From a virus (lineage: Duplodnaviria; Caudoviricetes): 64,000 bases of DNA. The stretch is from IMG/VR virus record IMGVR_UViG_3300009540_000001, positions 96,001 through 160,000 of that record; one strand, written 5' to 3'. Below the pieces are notes generated by a model. It did not search any database. It was given only the letters and a program-made list of their open reading frames with translations, and was not told where the DNA came from. Position numbers and translations under genes: made by a program. Shown here piece after piece: positions 1 through 10,475 of this stretch (positions within the stretch are counted from its first letter, which is position 1; every line of letters begins with the position of its first letter).

Positions 1-2
1 TC

Positions 3-926
3 CCGCTCGATCCGAACAACTACAACCCCACGGCCTTCGACGGTCGCGTGCTCACCTACAAGGTGGCGTCGGTCCTCAACGAGAACCGCCTGTTGATCGC
101 CAACGGCGCGGACGACTCGGAGAGCCTGGCCAACGAGCTGCCGCACTACTTCGCGCGCGACCTCGCGGACCGGTTCATCGACAACACCACGCCCAACGCG
201 CAGAACTACAAGATCGTTCGTGCGCTCTCGAAGGACGAGATCGTCGTCAACCTGACGGCGACGGTGCAGTCGGCGAAGTCCAAGCGCCTCACGGTCATGT
301 GGCCGGACCGCATGACGGTCTCGGAGCTGCGCGACGGCTCGCTGCCGCGCACGTCGGAGACGGTCATCACCGCCGCCGCCAAGCAGCCCGGCTGGGCCCT
401 CGGCTGCGCCGTCGCGGGCGTCGTCACCTCGATCCCGCCGCAAGCGGGCTTGACCAACGGCACCTTCATCGGTCTCACGGACCTCGAGCACGCGCAGGGC
501 TACTTCAGCGAGACGCAACTGGCGCAGCTGTCGGACGGCGGCCTCTTCGTGTGCTTCCAGCGCGTCCCCGGCGCGCTGCCCGAGTGCATGCACCAGCTGA
601 CGACGGACACGACGGCGCTCGAGACCGGTGAGCTCTCGGTGGTGAAGAACGTGGACTTCGTGTCCAAGTTCTTCCAGACGCTGCTCGAGACCTTCCTCGG
701 CCAGTACAACGTGCTGCCGGAGACCCTGAACGAGATCAACCGCGCGGTCACCGACGGCGCGAGCGACCTGAAGTCCCGCAAGATCGCCCGCGTCGGCGCT
801 CCGCTGCTCGACGGCACGATCACCTCGCTCGCGGTGAGCGAGTTCTCGGCGGATCGCGTCGAGCTCTACTTCCGGGGCAAGATCGCGCGGCCCTTGAACA
901 CCATCGGGTTCCACCTCGTCGTATGA
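3..926 (+). CDS. Contractile tail sheath protein, C-terminal part (5'-truncated by window)
   Basis: Frame open from window start. C-terminus ELSVVKNVDFVSKFF..FLGQYN..IARPLNTIGFHLVV resembles sheath C-terminal domains. Followed by tube-like and spike-like genes. Confidence 0.75.
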   Translation, partial: PLDPNNYNPTAFDGRVLTYKVASVLNENRLLIANGADDSESLANELPHYFARDLADRFIDNTTPNAQNYKIVRALSKDEIVVNLTATVQSAKSKRLTVMWPDRMTVSELRDGSLPRTSETVITAAAKQPGWALGCAVAGVVTSIPPQAGLTNGTFIGLTDLEHAQGYFSETQLAQLSDGGLFVCFQRVPGALPECMHQLTTDTTALETGELSVVKNVDFVSKFFQTLLETFLGQYNVLPETLNEINRAVTDGASDLKSRKIARVGAPLLDGTITSLAVSEFSADRVELYFRGKIARPLNTIGFHLVV

Positions 927-1495
927 GTACGAAGCAGGCATTCGTCGGCGCCCTCGCCCCCGGGGCTCGGTCCCTGGCGGCGCCGGCCCTCGCAGCGGGC
1001 AAGAAACTCATCGGCCCCACGGCCTCGCGCGTCGTCGGCGGCGCGGTCAACGCCGCCAAGGGCTATACGGGCCTGGGTACGGCGAAAGGCTTCGCCGGCG
1101 CAGCCGGTAACGCCGCGAGCATGGCTCCGCAGATCACCGGCGCCCTCACCAGCGGCAACAAGGGCCCCTCGGTCATGGGCTTCAAGGTCGGCTCGGCCGC
1201 CGACTCCGCCATCCTCAAGCGCGCCGCGCTCCAGCTCGGCGCCCTCGGGCCCTCCGAACTCGCGGACATCGCAAGCTACGGAGCCTTCATCGGCGCCAAG
1301 CTCGTGGACCCCGTGAAGCACCCCGTGTTGCACAACGTGCTCGACGCGGGCGGCCTCCTCGGACTCGCGGGTACCACGGCGTACGGCATGACGCAGAACA
1401 AGGCCGAGCGCATGCCCGGCGCGAAAGACATCCTCGGCCTCGGGCTCATGGGCTCCGCGCTCTACGATCGGGCCACGTCCGGTCACGGCCACTAA
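923..1495 (+). CDS. Gly/Ala-rich hypothetical protein (KxA/glycine-zipper family)
   Basis: ATGA overlap with sheath stop; MSTKQAF start; GxxxG hydrophobic helices. Confidence 0.6.
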   Translation: MSTKQAFVGALAPGARSLAAPALAAGKKLIGPTASRVVGGAVNAAKGYTGLGTAKGFAGAAGNAASMAPQITGALTSGNKGPSVMGFKVGSAADSAILKRAALQLGALGPSELADIASYGAFIGAKLVDPVKHPVLHNVLDAGGLLGLAGTTAYGMTQNKAERMPGAKDILGLGLMGSALYDRATSGHGH

Positions 1496-1510
1496 CCTTC
1501 AGAAGAGACC

Positions 1511-2296
1511 ATGGCGAACTACCCGATCGGCGTCACCAAGAGCCTCGCTACCTGGAACGCACAGCGCAACCAGGTCGAGCGCATCACCGACAACAGCTCC
1601 TACGACGCCGCCCATCCGGACGACGCCGTGCTGCTCGCCGGACCCGCGCGTCGCGCCATCGCGCGCTCGGACCGCACGTCCCCGCGCACGCTGCGCGCCC
1701 TCGGCTTGTGCGCCAGCTTCGGCGTGCAGACCTCGGTGCCGCTCACTCCGATGATGGCGCTCGGCTCGGGCCGCAGCTTCTACCTACGCGGTAAAGCGCA
1801 GTCGAGCTGGAACGTGCAAAAGGTGCTCATGAACGGGCTCAACCTGCTGCGCGCGCTCTACCACAACGCGGTGGAAGTGGGCGGGCTCAACCCCGACCAG
1901 TTCGACGACCCCGCCACGTACGAGGGCACGCCGAACTCGAACGTGTTCCTGAACCTCGACTCGGAGCTCTTCTACATCCCGTTCGGCCTCGCCGTGATCA
2001 TGCGTTCGAAGTCCCGCACGATGGTCCTGTCGTGCTACCTCGAGCTCTGCATGATCAACAGCTGGGGCCTCCAGATGGGCGCCGGGCAGGCGATGATCAT
2101 GGAGTCCGTCTCGGGCTTCTGTGACCGCGTCCTCCCCTTCCAGGCCTCGGACGCGATGGAAGTCCCCACCGTCGGCCGCAACCTGATGGACGCCGTGCTC
2201 GGCCTCGCGCCGGACACCTTCCCGGCCCCGAGCTACACCAAGGTCGGCAGCTCGGCCGCCACCGGCCTCGGCGACTCGACCGTAGCCGCGCTGTAA
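1511..2296 (+). CDS. Putative tail tube protein
   Basis: Downstream of sheath; 261 aa, beta-rich; ALGSGRSFY..LLRALY and YLELCMI..MESVS..CDR pattern as in jumbo-phage tube proteins. Confidence 0.6.
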   Translation: MANYPIGVTKSLATWNAQRNQVERITDNSSYDAAHPDDAVLLAGPARRAIARSDRTSPRTLRALGLCASFGVQTSVPLTPMMALGSGRSFYLRGKAQSSWNVQKVLMNGLNLLRALYHNAVEVGGLNPDQFDDPATYEGTPNSNVFLNLDSELFYIPFGLAVIMRSKSRTMVLSCYLELCMINSWGLQMGAGQAMIMESVSGFCDRVLPFQASDAMEVPTVGRNLMDAVLGLAPDTFPAPSYTKVGSSAATGLGDSTVAAL

Positions 2297-2319
2297 GGTT
2301 CACCACCCTTACGCCGTAA

Positions 2320-2350
2320 AGCGGCGCCTGGCTCTGTCAGGCGCCGCTTC
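2320..2350 (+). terminator. GC-rich hairpin after tube gene
   Basis: agcggcgcctg-gctctgt-caggcgccgct, directly after palindrome copy at 2308-2320. Confidence 0.5.
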
Positions 2351-2381
2351 GCGTTCGGCCCCGTTGGGGTAGTCTTCGAGG

Positions 2382-3803
2382 ATGACTCGACCCCGCCGCC
2401 CCTCCGAGCGCGAGAACTCCACCCCGAACCCGCTGCCCCTTGGGCCCCTCGCAGGCGGCGGCAACGCACCCGACGAGCGCGGCACCATCCTCGCCGTGGA
2501 CGCCCGGCGCCACACCTACCGCGTCGCGACCAACACAGGGCGAGACCTACGCGTCGGGCGGCTCAAAGCGCACCCGAACGACAACGCGCTGTTGCCTGCG
2601 CGGACGCCCGTCATGATCTCCTGGTCTGCTGGCATCCCGTACATCGTCGGGTGCCTTCCGACCGAGGTCGAGACGGTCACGGACGACGAGCCGCACTCGG
2701 TCACGGACGTCGACGGGCACGGGGGCAACGACCCCGTGCTCACGAACTCCATGGGGATCGACGCGCGGGACCCGAGTCAGCCTCGAGACATCCTCCCGGG
2801 CGACAACGTCCTGCTCTCCCCCGACGGAGCTTCCGTCGGAGCGCTTCAGGGCAAGATCGCGCAGCTGCGCGGCGGACCGCTCGCGAAGGTGCAGGCCTTC
2901 GGCGAAGACGACGTCGTCAAGATCATCGCGGGGCTCCTGCACGTCGTGACGTGGATGGGCGAGTCCAAGGTCGTCAACAACGACGGCAAGACGTCGTTCA
3001 TCTGGCGCGGCGGTACCGACCAGCTCACGCAGACCGGTCCAGACGAGCAGAAGCACACGATCCGTCTCGACGTCGGGTACACCGGCGACGTGATTCGGCT
3101 CGAGGTGTGCGACCGCCTCGGGCACGCGCTCTTTCGCTTCCACGTGAGCTCGACGGGCGTGTGCGAGCTGTTCGCCGCTGGAGGGTTGAACCAGCAGAGC
3201 GGCGCGGCCGAGAGCCAGGAGCACCCCGTGCGGTTTCACGGCGCGCGCGTGACGGAGATCGCCGGGGCCGAGCGTTCCCAGGTGTCGGGGGCCGTGGAGC
3301 ACACGTACCAGTCGAGCCGCACGTACGTGGTCGACGGTGACGCCTCGGACACGATCGGAGGAACGGAGAGAAGGGCCATCGGAGGCAACGCCTCGCTCGA
3401 GGTCACCGGGGACTACGCCCAGCGTACAGGGGGGAAGATCACGACAACCACGGTGGGTGCGGTGACTCACTCCTCGAGTGGCGCTTACTCCGTAAAGACC
3501 TTGGGCGCGACGATCACCCTCGACCCAGGGCCCGGGCAGACCGTGATCGCTACGGCGGCGGGGGTCCCAGACCGGATCAAGCTCGGCAGCGGCGCGGTGA
3601 GTCACGCGGTGAAGTTCGAGGAGTTGTCCGCGACGGTGGCTACGCTGGCGGCCCGTCTCACAGTCGTCCACGGACTCGTCGCGGCGCACTTTCACACGGC
3701 CTTCGGCCCGGGCGCCGGTGTCTCGGTCCCGCTCGCACCGCTCACGCAGGCCGTGCTCATCGACATGTCCGCAGCGAAAGCGACGCAGACGCTGGTCGGC
3801 TGA
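2382..3803 (+). CDS. Putative baseplate central spike / gp5-VgrG-like protein
   Basis: N-terminal OB-like segment; ~8-residue beta-helix-like repeats (VSGAVEHT, VDGDASDT, IGGTERRA, IGGNASLE, VTGDYAQR); C-terminal HFH. Confidence 0.6.
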   Translation: MTRPRRPSERENSTPNPLPLGPLAGGGNAPDERGTILAVDARRHTYRVATNTGRDLRVGRLKAHPNDNALLPARTPVMISWSAGIPYIVGCLPTEVETVTDDEPHSVTDVDGHGGNDPVLTNSMGIDARDPSQPRDILPGDNVLLSPDGASVGALQGKIAQLRGGPLAKVQAFGEDDVVKIIAGLLHVVTWMGESKVVNNDGKTSFIWRGGTDQLTQTGPDEQKHTIRLDVGYTGDVIRLEVCDRLGHALFRFHVSSTGVCELFAAGGLNQQSGAAESQEHPVRFHGARVTEIAGAERSQVSGAVEHTYQSSRTYVVDGDASDTIGGTERRAIGGNASLEVTGDYAQRTGGKITTTTVGAVTHSSSGAYSVKTLGATITLDPGPGQTVIATAAGVPDRIKLGSGAVSHAVKFEELSATVATLAARLTVVHGLVAAHFHTAFGPGAGVSVPLAPLTQAVLIDMSAAKATQTLVG

Positions 3804-3865
3804 GTTCCGCGCGCCTATCCTTCCCCACGTCGCCAGGGCTATTTACAGCCCGGCCAGGAGCACTC

Positions 3866-5146
3866 ATGTACGCAGAAGTTACCGTCAACGCCCTCTCGCC
3901 CGTGGTCGCCTCGGACATTCTCGGCCTCGAGGCCGGGACCCCCGAAGCCAACTTCACCCGCATGTCGGCCGACGCTGGCCAGACCACGGTGATCCGCTGC
4001 TCGGGCGCGGTCTGGGATCGCATTCGTCCGCAGCTGCGCAAGCTGTCGCAGCGCCGCATTCCGGCGCTCGATGCGCTGGGTGTCGTGATCGCGGGCAAGA
4101 CCGCGCCGATCATGACCTACACCATGGTGTGGGTTCCCGGTGCGCGCCCGAAGATCAACCAGGTCGAGGGCGCCGTGAGCGTCGCGGGCGGCGCCGCGCT
4201 GACCGTGCGCGGTGAGGGCCTGATCCCCGGCCTGAAGTCGGTGCTGCGCGTCTACCGCCAGCGCCAGACCCAGGCCTTCGGCCCGGCCGGCATCACGCAG
4301 CAGTACGTGGCGCAAGAGCTCATCATGACCGTGACGGCGAAGGCCGTCGGCCCGATCGGCGACAAGATCGGCCTGCTGATCCTCGCCGCCTCCGGCGCGG
4401 GCTCGGTCACGACCCAAGAGTACGCGGACGGCAAGGTCCTCATCACGGTGGTCCCCGCCGCCGGTCTGAACACCGTCACCGCCATCAAGGCGCAGATCGA
4501 CGGCGACGCGCTCGCTTCGGTGTGGGTCTCGGTCACGGCCGACGTGGGCGCAGCGCTCGTCGCGGCGACGCAGTCGTCGGGCGAGATCCAGGGCCCGAAC
4601 GTCGCCGCTGGCTCGCTGCCGTTCCAGTACCTCGCGGGCGGCGACGGCTGCGGCCTCGCCTTCGCGGACATCATGGTCTCGGGCGTGGACCCGACCAACC
4701 GCCTGCGCATCACGGCGCAGCGCGCGGGCAACCAGGGCAACCTGGTTTCGCTCACGATCATCTTCGACGCGCTCGCCGTCAACGGCGTGGCCGTGACGGG
4801 CAACGACATCGTCGTGACGCGCACGGCGACCACGGCGATCGGTGCGCTGGTGACGGCGATCAACGCCAACGCCGCAGCGCTCGCCCTGGTGAAGGCCTCG
4901 GCCGTCGGCGCGGGCAACATCCTCTCCGCCACGAAGACCTACCTCGCGGGCGGTGCGGGCGAGCAGCCCACGGCGACCGTCGGTGGCGCACCGGGCGCCA
5001 TCACCGAGCAGAGCGACACGTCGATGCTCGTCGCGGCTTCGGCCGTCGACCTCGGCACCGCTGGCGTCGTGGCGGGCGAAGTCGCCGTGCTCTCGATCAC
5101 GTCGGACTACCAGCGCCTCGCAGCGGACATGGTCGCGGCGGCGTAA
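3866..5146 (+). CDS. Virion structural protein (Ala/Val/Thr-rich, sheath-insertion-like repeats)
   Basis: SD AGGAG; repeated 'TA..G..G..I.L' and 'LAGG' segments; strong codon bias. Confidence 0.5.
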   Translation: MYAEVTVNALSPVVASDILGLEAGTPEANFTRMSADAGQTTVIRCSGAVWDRIRPQLRKLSQRRIPALDALGVVIAGKTAPIMTYTMVWVPGARPKINQVEGAVSVAGGAALTVRGEGLIPGLKSVLRVYRQRQTQAFGPAGITQQYVAQELIMTVTAKAVGPIGDKIGLLILAASGAGSVTTQEYADGKVLITVVPAAGLNTVTAIKAQIDGDALASVWVSVTADVGAALVAATQSSGEIQGPNVAAGSLPFQYLAGGDGCGLAFADIMVSGVDPTNRLRITAQRAGNQGNLVSLTIIFDALAVNGVAVTGNDIVVTRTATTAIGALVTAINANAAALALVKASAVGAGNILSATKTYLAGGAGEQPTATVGGAPGAITEQSDTSMLVAASAVDLGTAGVVAGEVAVLSITSDYQRLAADMVAAA

Positions 5147-5167
5147 GCAGCCTCGGCAGACGCGCAA

Positions 5168-5197
5168 AGGCCCCGGAGCTTCGTGCTTCGGGGCCTT
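5168..5197. terminator. Hairpin between convergent genes
   Basis: aaggccccggag...cttcgggcctt between the 5146 stop and the 5205 stop. Confidence 0.6.
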
Positions 5198-5204
5198 CGT
5201 TCGT

Positions 5205-5906
5205 TCAGCGGTTGCGGCGGTTGCGGCGGTTGCCGCTCGAGCCCTCGGCGGGCGTCGTGGACGTCTCGACAGAGACCTCCTCGGCGACTTCTTCGACGAG
5301 CTCGACCTCGTCCGACACTTCGGCCTCGCCCTTGGGCTTCGCCGCCTCTTTCATCTCGGCGACCTCCTCCGGGCTCATGACGAACTGGTCGACGACGCTC
5401 GGGTCGATCTCGCCGTCCTCGACGCTCGGCAGACCGGGCTTGTCGAAGCTGTCCTTGGGGCGCTTCGCGGCGTCGAGGGCCTTGTGCGTCGCCGCGAGCT
5501 CCGCGTCGGTCATCTGGTAGTTCGGCTTCTCTTCGCCGCGCTCTGCGCGCTCTTCGTCTTCGGCGCGCTTCAGGCGCAGGGCCTCTTTCGCGGCGAGGGT
5601 CTCGTCCTTCGACGCGAGCACGGTCGCGGGGTGCGGCGCGGGCTTGCGCGCCTTCGTCTCGACGCCGTCCCCCATGTCGAAGATCGCCGCGTTCGCGATC
5701 AGACCGAACGCGAGGTCCTCCCCGTTGCCGGGGGCGTCGGGGCGCTGACGCAGCTCGGCTTGCACCGCGTACGTCTTCCCGTTCATCTCAACTTGGACCA
5801 TCTTCTTCATCTGCCCTGGGGCGAAGGTGAGGTTGATGGCCATGCCCGTCGTCGGGTCCCTGACGATGATGGTCGATCCCGACCCTTGGTGATTCGCGCT
5901 GTGCAT
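5205..5906 (-). CDS. Acidic hypothetical protein
   Basis: Good codon bias from MHSANHQG; acidic C-terminus. Confidence 0.6.
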   Translation of the reverse strand: MHSANHQGSGSTIIVRDPTTGMAINLTFAPGQMKKMVQVEMNGKTYAVQAELRQRPDAPGNGEDLAFGLIANAAIFDMGDGVETKARKPAPHPATVLASKDETLAAKEALRLKRAEDEERAERGEEKPNYQMTDAELAATHKALDAAKRPKDSFDKPGLPSVEDGEIDPSVVDQFVMSPEEVAEMKEAAKPKGEAEVSDEVELVEEVAEEVSVETSTTPAEGSSGNRRNRRNR

Positions 5907-6040
5907 CGTGTATGCTTCCGTTGTGAGTTGGACCCGAGCACCACGAGGCTTTCGCGCGCTCGAAGACCTAGCTTCGCTGTTGCTGAAATTACAGCGAATC
6001 GCCATCTATCACAAGATCCTCAAGGTTATGGAGGCGTCGA

Positions 6041-7846
6041 ATGCCTTGGCAAAGTTTGCACCTCAACCTCCCACCGGCGATCACGGCGCTGGGGACGGGG
6101 CTGTCGAGCAGCCTTGACGCCGTAAAGGCGGCGCTCGACGTCGTCCGCATTCAGTCCCGGGCCTTCTCAGCCTTCGTGCGTGCGCAAGAGGGCGTGCCCG
6201 TAAACGCGGGGATCGCGGCGATCTCCGCTGGCGTTACGGCGCTCGAGAGCCTGATCAACGGCTTCTCGGACAGCACGGGCGTCTACGTGCTTCTGATCCC
6301 CATTCCGAAGAAGGGCCTGCTCAGCGTGGTCTCGGAGCCCGACACGCCGTCCGAGCCCGGATCGAACTTCGTCCAGTTCCCGACGACGAGCCTGCTCGCA
6401 CGCCTTCCCGCCGCGCTCGCGGCCAAGCTCCGGGAGAGCCCGTCGTTCTCGGCGCTGTTCTCCGAAGGAAACGTCTCCGTCGGAGGCAATCCTTACGTCG
6501 TAAAGACGGTCGGAGAGTCGCTGCACGACGCCGGGGATCGTAACCGGCCTCGCTTCGCGAGCGACAGCTACTGGGCATACACGGCCCTGCTGACGGGGGC
6601 TTACGACCTCTCGATCATCCTGACCGCCGCCCAGTTCTTCGATCGCATGTTCAACAAGATCCCGGGCGCGATCGGCGCGGCGCGGCAGGTAGCGAACGTC
6701 GTGCCGTCCGGGCTGCGCGTGGGCCCGAGCGGGCGCGGCTACTACCCCATCCTCGAGTGGGACCGCGTACCCGCTTCCGCGATCCTCTCGAGCTTCGCGA
6801 GCGCGCGCGTCACGGCGACGGAATACGCGATCATCGCGTCGACGGACTTCCGCGCGAAGACGGTGTCGACGGTCGACGAGCTGTTCGGGACGACGACCCT
6901 CACCGCAGGCATGACCGGGGTCTACGGGTCGACGGTCGTGGCGGTGACGGCGTACGACGGCGTCGTCTCGAGATACCTCGACGAGCGAACGCTTCCCCTC
7001 GGAAAGACCATCTACTACCACATCGCGTTCAAGACCCGCGTCGAGAACGATCCGATGTTCGATCCGAAGCCCCCGCCCCCGCCTCTGAGCAGGCGCCCCG
7101 GAGTTCCCCGGCCCACGAGCAGCGAGCCCATCGACCTCCCCTACGGCCCGCTCTCCTCGTGCGCCGAGTACCCCGTGCGCGCGCAGGGCGACCCTCGGCT
7201 CTCCAAGGCCCCGGACTGGTTTCGAAGCCCGTCCTTGGTACAGCTCATCCCCGGGGTTGACCGACTCCTCGACCGCGCCTCCTTCTCTCTCGAGGAGCTA
7301 CGAGGCATCCTCGCGCGCGGCACAGAGACGAACAACGCGCTGCTCTCGTTGCTCAACCGCCTCGCCGACAAGCTCGGCGTGGAGACCGACGACATCTCCT
7401 TGTTCTTGCGCAGGCTTCAAAACGCGCTCGGGGCCCCCACAGCGGGGATCTACGCGACGGTGCGCACCGGGCAGGGCAACACCGGCGCGTTCCTCGCGGA
7501 CCTGGTCTCCGCCCTCGACGACGAGACCGACGAGAACCGACCTCCCTTCGACACGGGGGATGAGTTCGTCACGGGCGTGATCCTCCTGAGCGTCGGGCCC
7601 GACCCTTCGGCTATCGCCGCCGCGTTCGCGGCGTTCGGAGCTCTGTTCGGCGCACCCTCGAGCACCGACGCCCTCGCCGGTGTGAACTCGGTGACGGCCT
7701 CGACGCTTGCCTCACTCACAGAGGTCGAGCAAGCTCTACTCGAACAGATCCGAGGCGGCGGGACTTCTACAACCTTGTCCCCCATCGCCTTCGGCACCGA
7801 CATGACGTCTCGCCCCCTTGGAAGCTCCGACGCGAGCTGTGAGTGA
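6041..7846 (+). CDS. Hypothetical, possibly baseplate/structural protein
   Basis: 601-aa ORF with SD GGAGG; FN3-like beta segment ending TIYYHIAF. Confidence 0.55.
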   Translation: MPWQSLHLNLPPAITALGTGLSSSLDAVKAALDVVRIQSRAFSAFVRAQEGVPVNAGIAAISAGVTALESLINGFSDSTGVYVLLIPIPKKGLLSVVSEPDTPSEPGSNFVQFPTTSLLARLPAALAAKLRESPSFSALFSEGNVSVGGNPYVVKTVGESLHDAGDRNRPRFASDSYWAYTALLTGAYDLSIILTAAQFFDRMFNKIPGAIGAARQVANVVPSGLRVGPSGRGYYPILEWDRVPASAILSSFASARVTATEYAIIASTDFRAKTVSTVDELFGTTTLTAGMTGVYGSTVVAVTAYDGVVSRYLDERTLPLGKTIYYHIAFKTRVENDPMFDPKPPPPPLSRRPGVPRPTSSEPIDLPYGPLSSCAEYPVRAQGDPRLSKAPDWFRSPSLVQLIPGVDRLLDRASFSLEELRGILARGTETNNALLSLLNRLADKLGVETDDISLFLRRLQNALGAPTAGIYATVRTGQGNTGAFLADLVSALDDETDENRPPFDTGDEFVTGVILLSVGPDPSAIAAAFAAFGALFGAPSSTDALAGVNSVTASTLASLTEVEQALLEQIRGGGTSTTLSPIAFGTDMTSRPLGSSDASCE

Positions 7847-7852
7847 CGAACG

Positions 7853-8197
7853 ATGCCCACGTACGACTTCGGATGTGAAGACCAGCACGACTTCGAGCAC
7901 TTCTGCTCGATCTCCGCGAAGCCTGATTCTCTGCCTTGCCCCACGTGCGGCAAGCCGGCGAAGCAGATCTTCACCAGCGCGCCGCACCTGTGGAAGGGCC
8001 TCTACATCCTCGACTACCCCGGGTCGAAGGCGCTCAAGGCCGGCTTCGTGCACTCGCACGGCGACCACGGCGTGAAGAAGGTCTCGAGCGGGTACGGCGG
8101 CAGCTTGAACCCGTCAACGCGGGACCTTCACCCGTTGGCCGAGGCGTCGCAGCCCGAGCGCATGGCGCCGGGCTCGCAGCCGCAGTTCGAGGACTAG
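7853..8197 (+). CDS. FmdB-family zinc-ribbon protein
   Basis: MPTYDFGC..H..FE..CPTCG signature. Confidence 0.75.
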   Translation: MPTYDFGCEDQHDFEHFCSISAKPDSLPCPTCGKPAKQIFTSAPHLWKGLYILDYPGSKALKAGFVHSHGDHGVKKVSSGYGGSLNPSTRDLHPLAEASQPERMAPGSQPQFED

Positions 8198-8598
8198 ACG
8201 TCGCTGGAGGCGGGCGGTGCCTTGATCTCTGCGCCGCTCGCCGTCTGAATGACGTCCATGTTCTCGTCGAGTCCGTGCAGCTTCAGCACGTACGTCAAGA
8301 ATTTCTGCTTGCGTACGTCCCCTTCCGCCTCGGCGGCCTTCGCCGCGTACGCCGTAAAGGCGAGCCATCCGTCGAACAAAGCCCCGGCCCCGAGCGGCGA
8401 AGGTGCCCCTGCGTCGAGCGAGCCGCCGAGGGAGCTCGCGGAGACCTGCATCGTCTCTTCCGTCGCCGCGTAGCGCAGGACGACGAAGCCGTCGCCGGCG
8501 ATCTCGGTGGGGCCGCACTCGGCATCGGTGCGACCGCCTTCATCGCAGACGTCGCTGAGGGTGAGGGAGAGAACCAGGGGGCGTTTCTGAGAGCTCAT
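8194..8598 (-). CDS. Hypothetical protein
   Basis: ATGA overlap with 8595-9062; codon bias. Confidence 0.55.
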   Translation of the reverse strand: MSSQKRPLVLSLTLSDVCDEGGRTDAECGPTEIAGDGFVVLRYAATEETMQVSASSLGGSLDAGAPSPLGAGALFDGWLAFTAYAAKAAEAEGDVRKQKFLTYVLKLHGLDENMDVIQTASGAEIKAPPASSDV

Positions 8599-9062
8599 CG
8601 GAACAGTCTACCCGAGGCTGCACGGTCCAGTAAGGACAGCAGAGGCCTCCAGTACATCGGCTTGCCCGCGTACCGCTGCTCGATCGCCGCTGCGGCCAGG
8701 CAGGCGTCGTACGCGGCCTTGTACGATCCCTCGAGCGCGAGGTCCGTGGCGGCCCGCCCGTAGCCCTTGGCGCGGTGGGCGTCTTCGCGGACGATGAGCA
8801 ACAGCTGGACCGCCTGCTCCCACAGGTCCACGTAGGGCTCGGAGCGCTCGAGCGAGGGCATCAGCCCCGTAGCGATGGCGCGCGCGGCCTGCGGCGGCGT
8901 CAGGTCGCCCCGTTCGATCGCTTGGACGTACCGGGCGCTCACGCGCGCGACAAGCACGGCCAGGTCCCCTTGGCGGATCTCGGCGTGCCAGTACACCCAG
9001 TTCCAGGCGGCCCCCCGCGCGTACGCTCGTCGTAGGCGCCGCACGAAGTCGTCGCGGTCCAT
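8595..9062 (-). CDS. Hypothetical helical protein
   Basis: 155-aa ORF coupled to 8194-8598. Confidence 0.55.
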   Translation of the reverse strand: MDRDDFVRRLRRAYARGAAWNWVYWHAEIRQGDLAVLVARVSARYVQAIERGDLTPPQAARAIATGLMPSLERSEPYVDLWEQAVQLLLIVREDAHRAKGYGRAATDLALEGSYKAAYDACLAAAAIEQRYAGKPMYWRPLLSLLDRAASGRLFR

Positions 9063-9134
9063 GAAGAGAGCCTAGCCGGGCGAGGCTACCGCGTAAACAA
9101 GACCGCGCTCCACGAGCTTATACTTACGCTACCT

Positions 9135-9512
9135 ATGGCCACGATGAAGCTCACCGGGAACCTGCTGCTCCAACTACTCGAGGGCATCCTCCCGTCGACC
9201 GTACCGGTGGGGTTCGAAACGACCTACTCCGAGTCGGCGATGCACAACTTCGTGTACACGACGACGCAGACGAACATCGCCGTGCCGCAAGCGTCGGTCT
9301 CGGCGCCGCGCATCGTGCTCGTCTTCCTCACCGAGGGGTCGATCTCGCTGAGCTGGGACGTCGCCGGCCTCGCACCGACGGTGCTCACGGCGAACCCGCT
9401 GCCCGGCAACAACGACAAGCCGGTGATGGTGCTGTTCCGCTACACGGCGCCGGCGAGCCAGCTGTATCTGAGCTGCGCGGCGGCGAAGGGGTCGATCTGG
9501 GTCTTCGAGTGA
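9135..9512 (+). CDS. Hypothetical beta-rich protein
   Basis: Strong codon bias; divergent from the 9062 start. Confidence 0.6.
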   Translation: MATMKLTGNLLLQLLEGILPSTVPVGFETTYSESAMHNFVYTTTQTNIAVPQASVSAPRIVLVFLTEGSISLSWDVAGLAPTVLTANPLPGNNDKPVMVLFRYTAPASQLYLSCAAAKGSIWVFE

Positions 9513-9516
9513 GCCG

Positions 9517-10092
9517 CTAGGGCGCCTGGGCGCCCAGTCCCTCGTGCCAACAGGCGGCGCACCGCGCCTCGTAGTGCGCCTGGGCCCCGACGAGCACGAG
9601 GGACGTCTCCCCCGACGTCCGGAACGTGCGCGTGCCCTCCTGGCTCTTGCAGCGCTGGCACACCGCCGTCAGCTTCACGACCTCGTTCGCGTGCGCCATC
9701 AGCGCGGGCATGACCCCGAAGGGCATGCCGTCGAACGTCAGGTCGAGCCCGGCGGCGACGACCGTGATCCCCTGCTGCACCCAGTGCAGCACGTCGGAGA
9801 TCATGCGCGAGGGGAAGAACTGCGCCTCATCGAGCCCGATGAAGCGCACGCCGCTTTTGATGTCGTCGCGGTGCGACTGCTCCCAGTCGGTCGTGATCGT
9901 CTCCGAGTCGATCTGCGTGGCGTCGTGCGTCGTCACGAGGCCCGCGTACCGGGTGTCCGTCTTCGATCGGAAGATGACGGTCTTCAGATTCCCGAGCCGC
10001 GCGCGGCGTTGATGCCGCGCGAGCTCGGTGGTCTTGCCCGCGTACATCGGGCCGCAGACGACGGTGAGGTATCCGACGCGCTTGGGGAGCAT
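9517..10092 (-). CDS. tdk: Thymidine kinase
   Basis: GPMYAGKTTEL P-loop, DEAQF, AGLD..F, CxxC..YEARCxxC zinc motif. Confidence 0.95.
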   Translation of the reverse strand: MLPKRVGYLTVVCGPMYAGKTTELARHQRRARLGNLKTVIFRSKTDTRYAGLVTTHDATQIDSETITTDWEQSHRDDIKSGVRFIGLDEAQFFPSRMISDVLHWVQQGITVVAAGLDLTFDGMPFGVMPALMAHANEVVKLTAVCQRCKSQEGTRTFRTSGETSLVLVGAQAHYEARCAACWHEGLGAQAP

Positions 10093-10104
10093 GGGGGAAG
10101 CGTA

Positions 10105-10365
10105 TCACCCCATGTGCCGGTGGATAGTTCCTGGCTCTCCGATGTTCCCGGGCTTCGCCTGATCGAACGTCTCGGTCGCCTTGAAGGCGTCGCCGACGTC
10201 CGACTTCACGCGGATCGGCTCCATCTTCGGGTCCGTCGCGCGTTCCTTCACCGGGATCGTGATGGGCCAGGCGTCGTCAGCGATCTTCCCCAGGCCCAGG
10301 GCCCTCGCCATCTTCATCCTCCCCCTCAAGCGCGCGTTCGAGAGCCTCTCTTGTAGCGTCGTCAT
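10105..10365 (-). CDS. Hypothetical protein
   Basis: 86-aa ORF with SD-like AGGA. Confidence 0.5.
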   Translation of the reverse strand: MTTLQERLSNARLRGRMKMARALGLGKIADDAWPITIPVKERATDPKMEPIRVKSDVGDAFKATETFDQAKPGNIGEPGTIHRHMG

Positions 10366-10475
10366 CGGGGTCTTCCTGCGAGCACGTCAGGCAGTAGGGA
10401 ACTACGGGCGTAGGAGAGAAGTACAAGACCCAGAGGGTGCCCGGACAGTACGGACAGATCCCGAACCGGATCGGC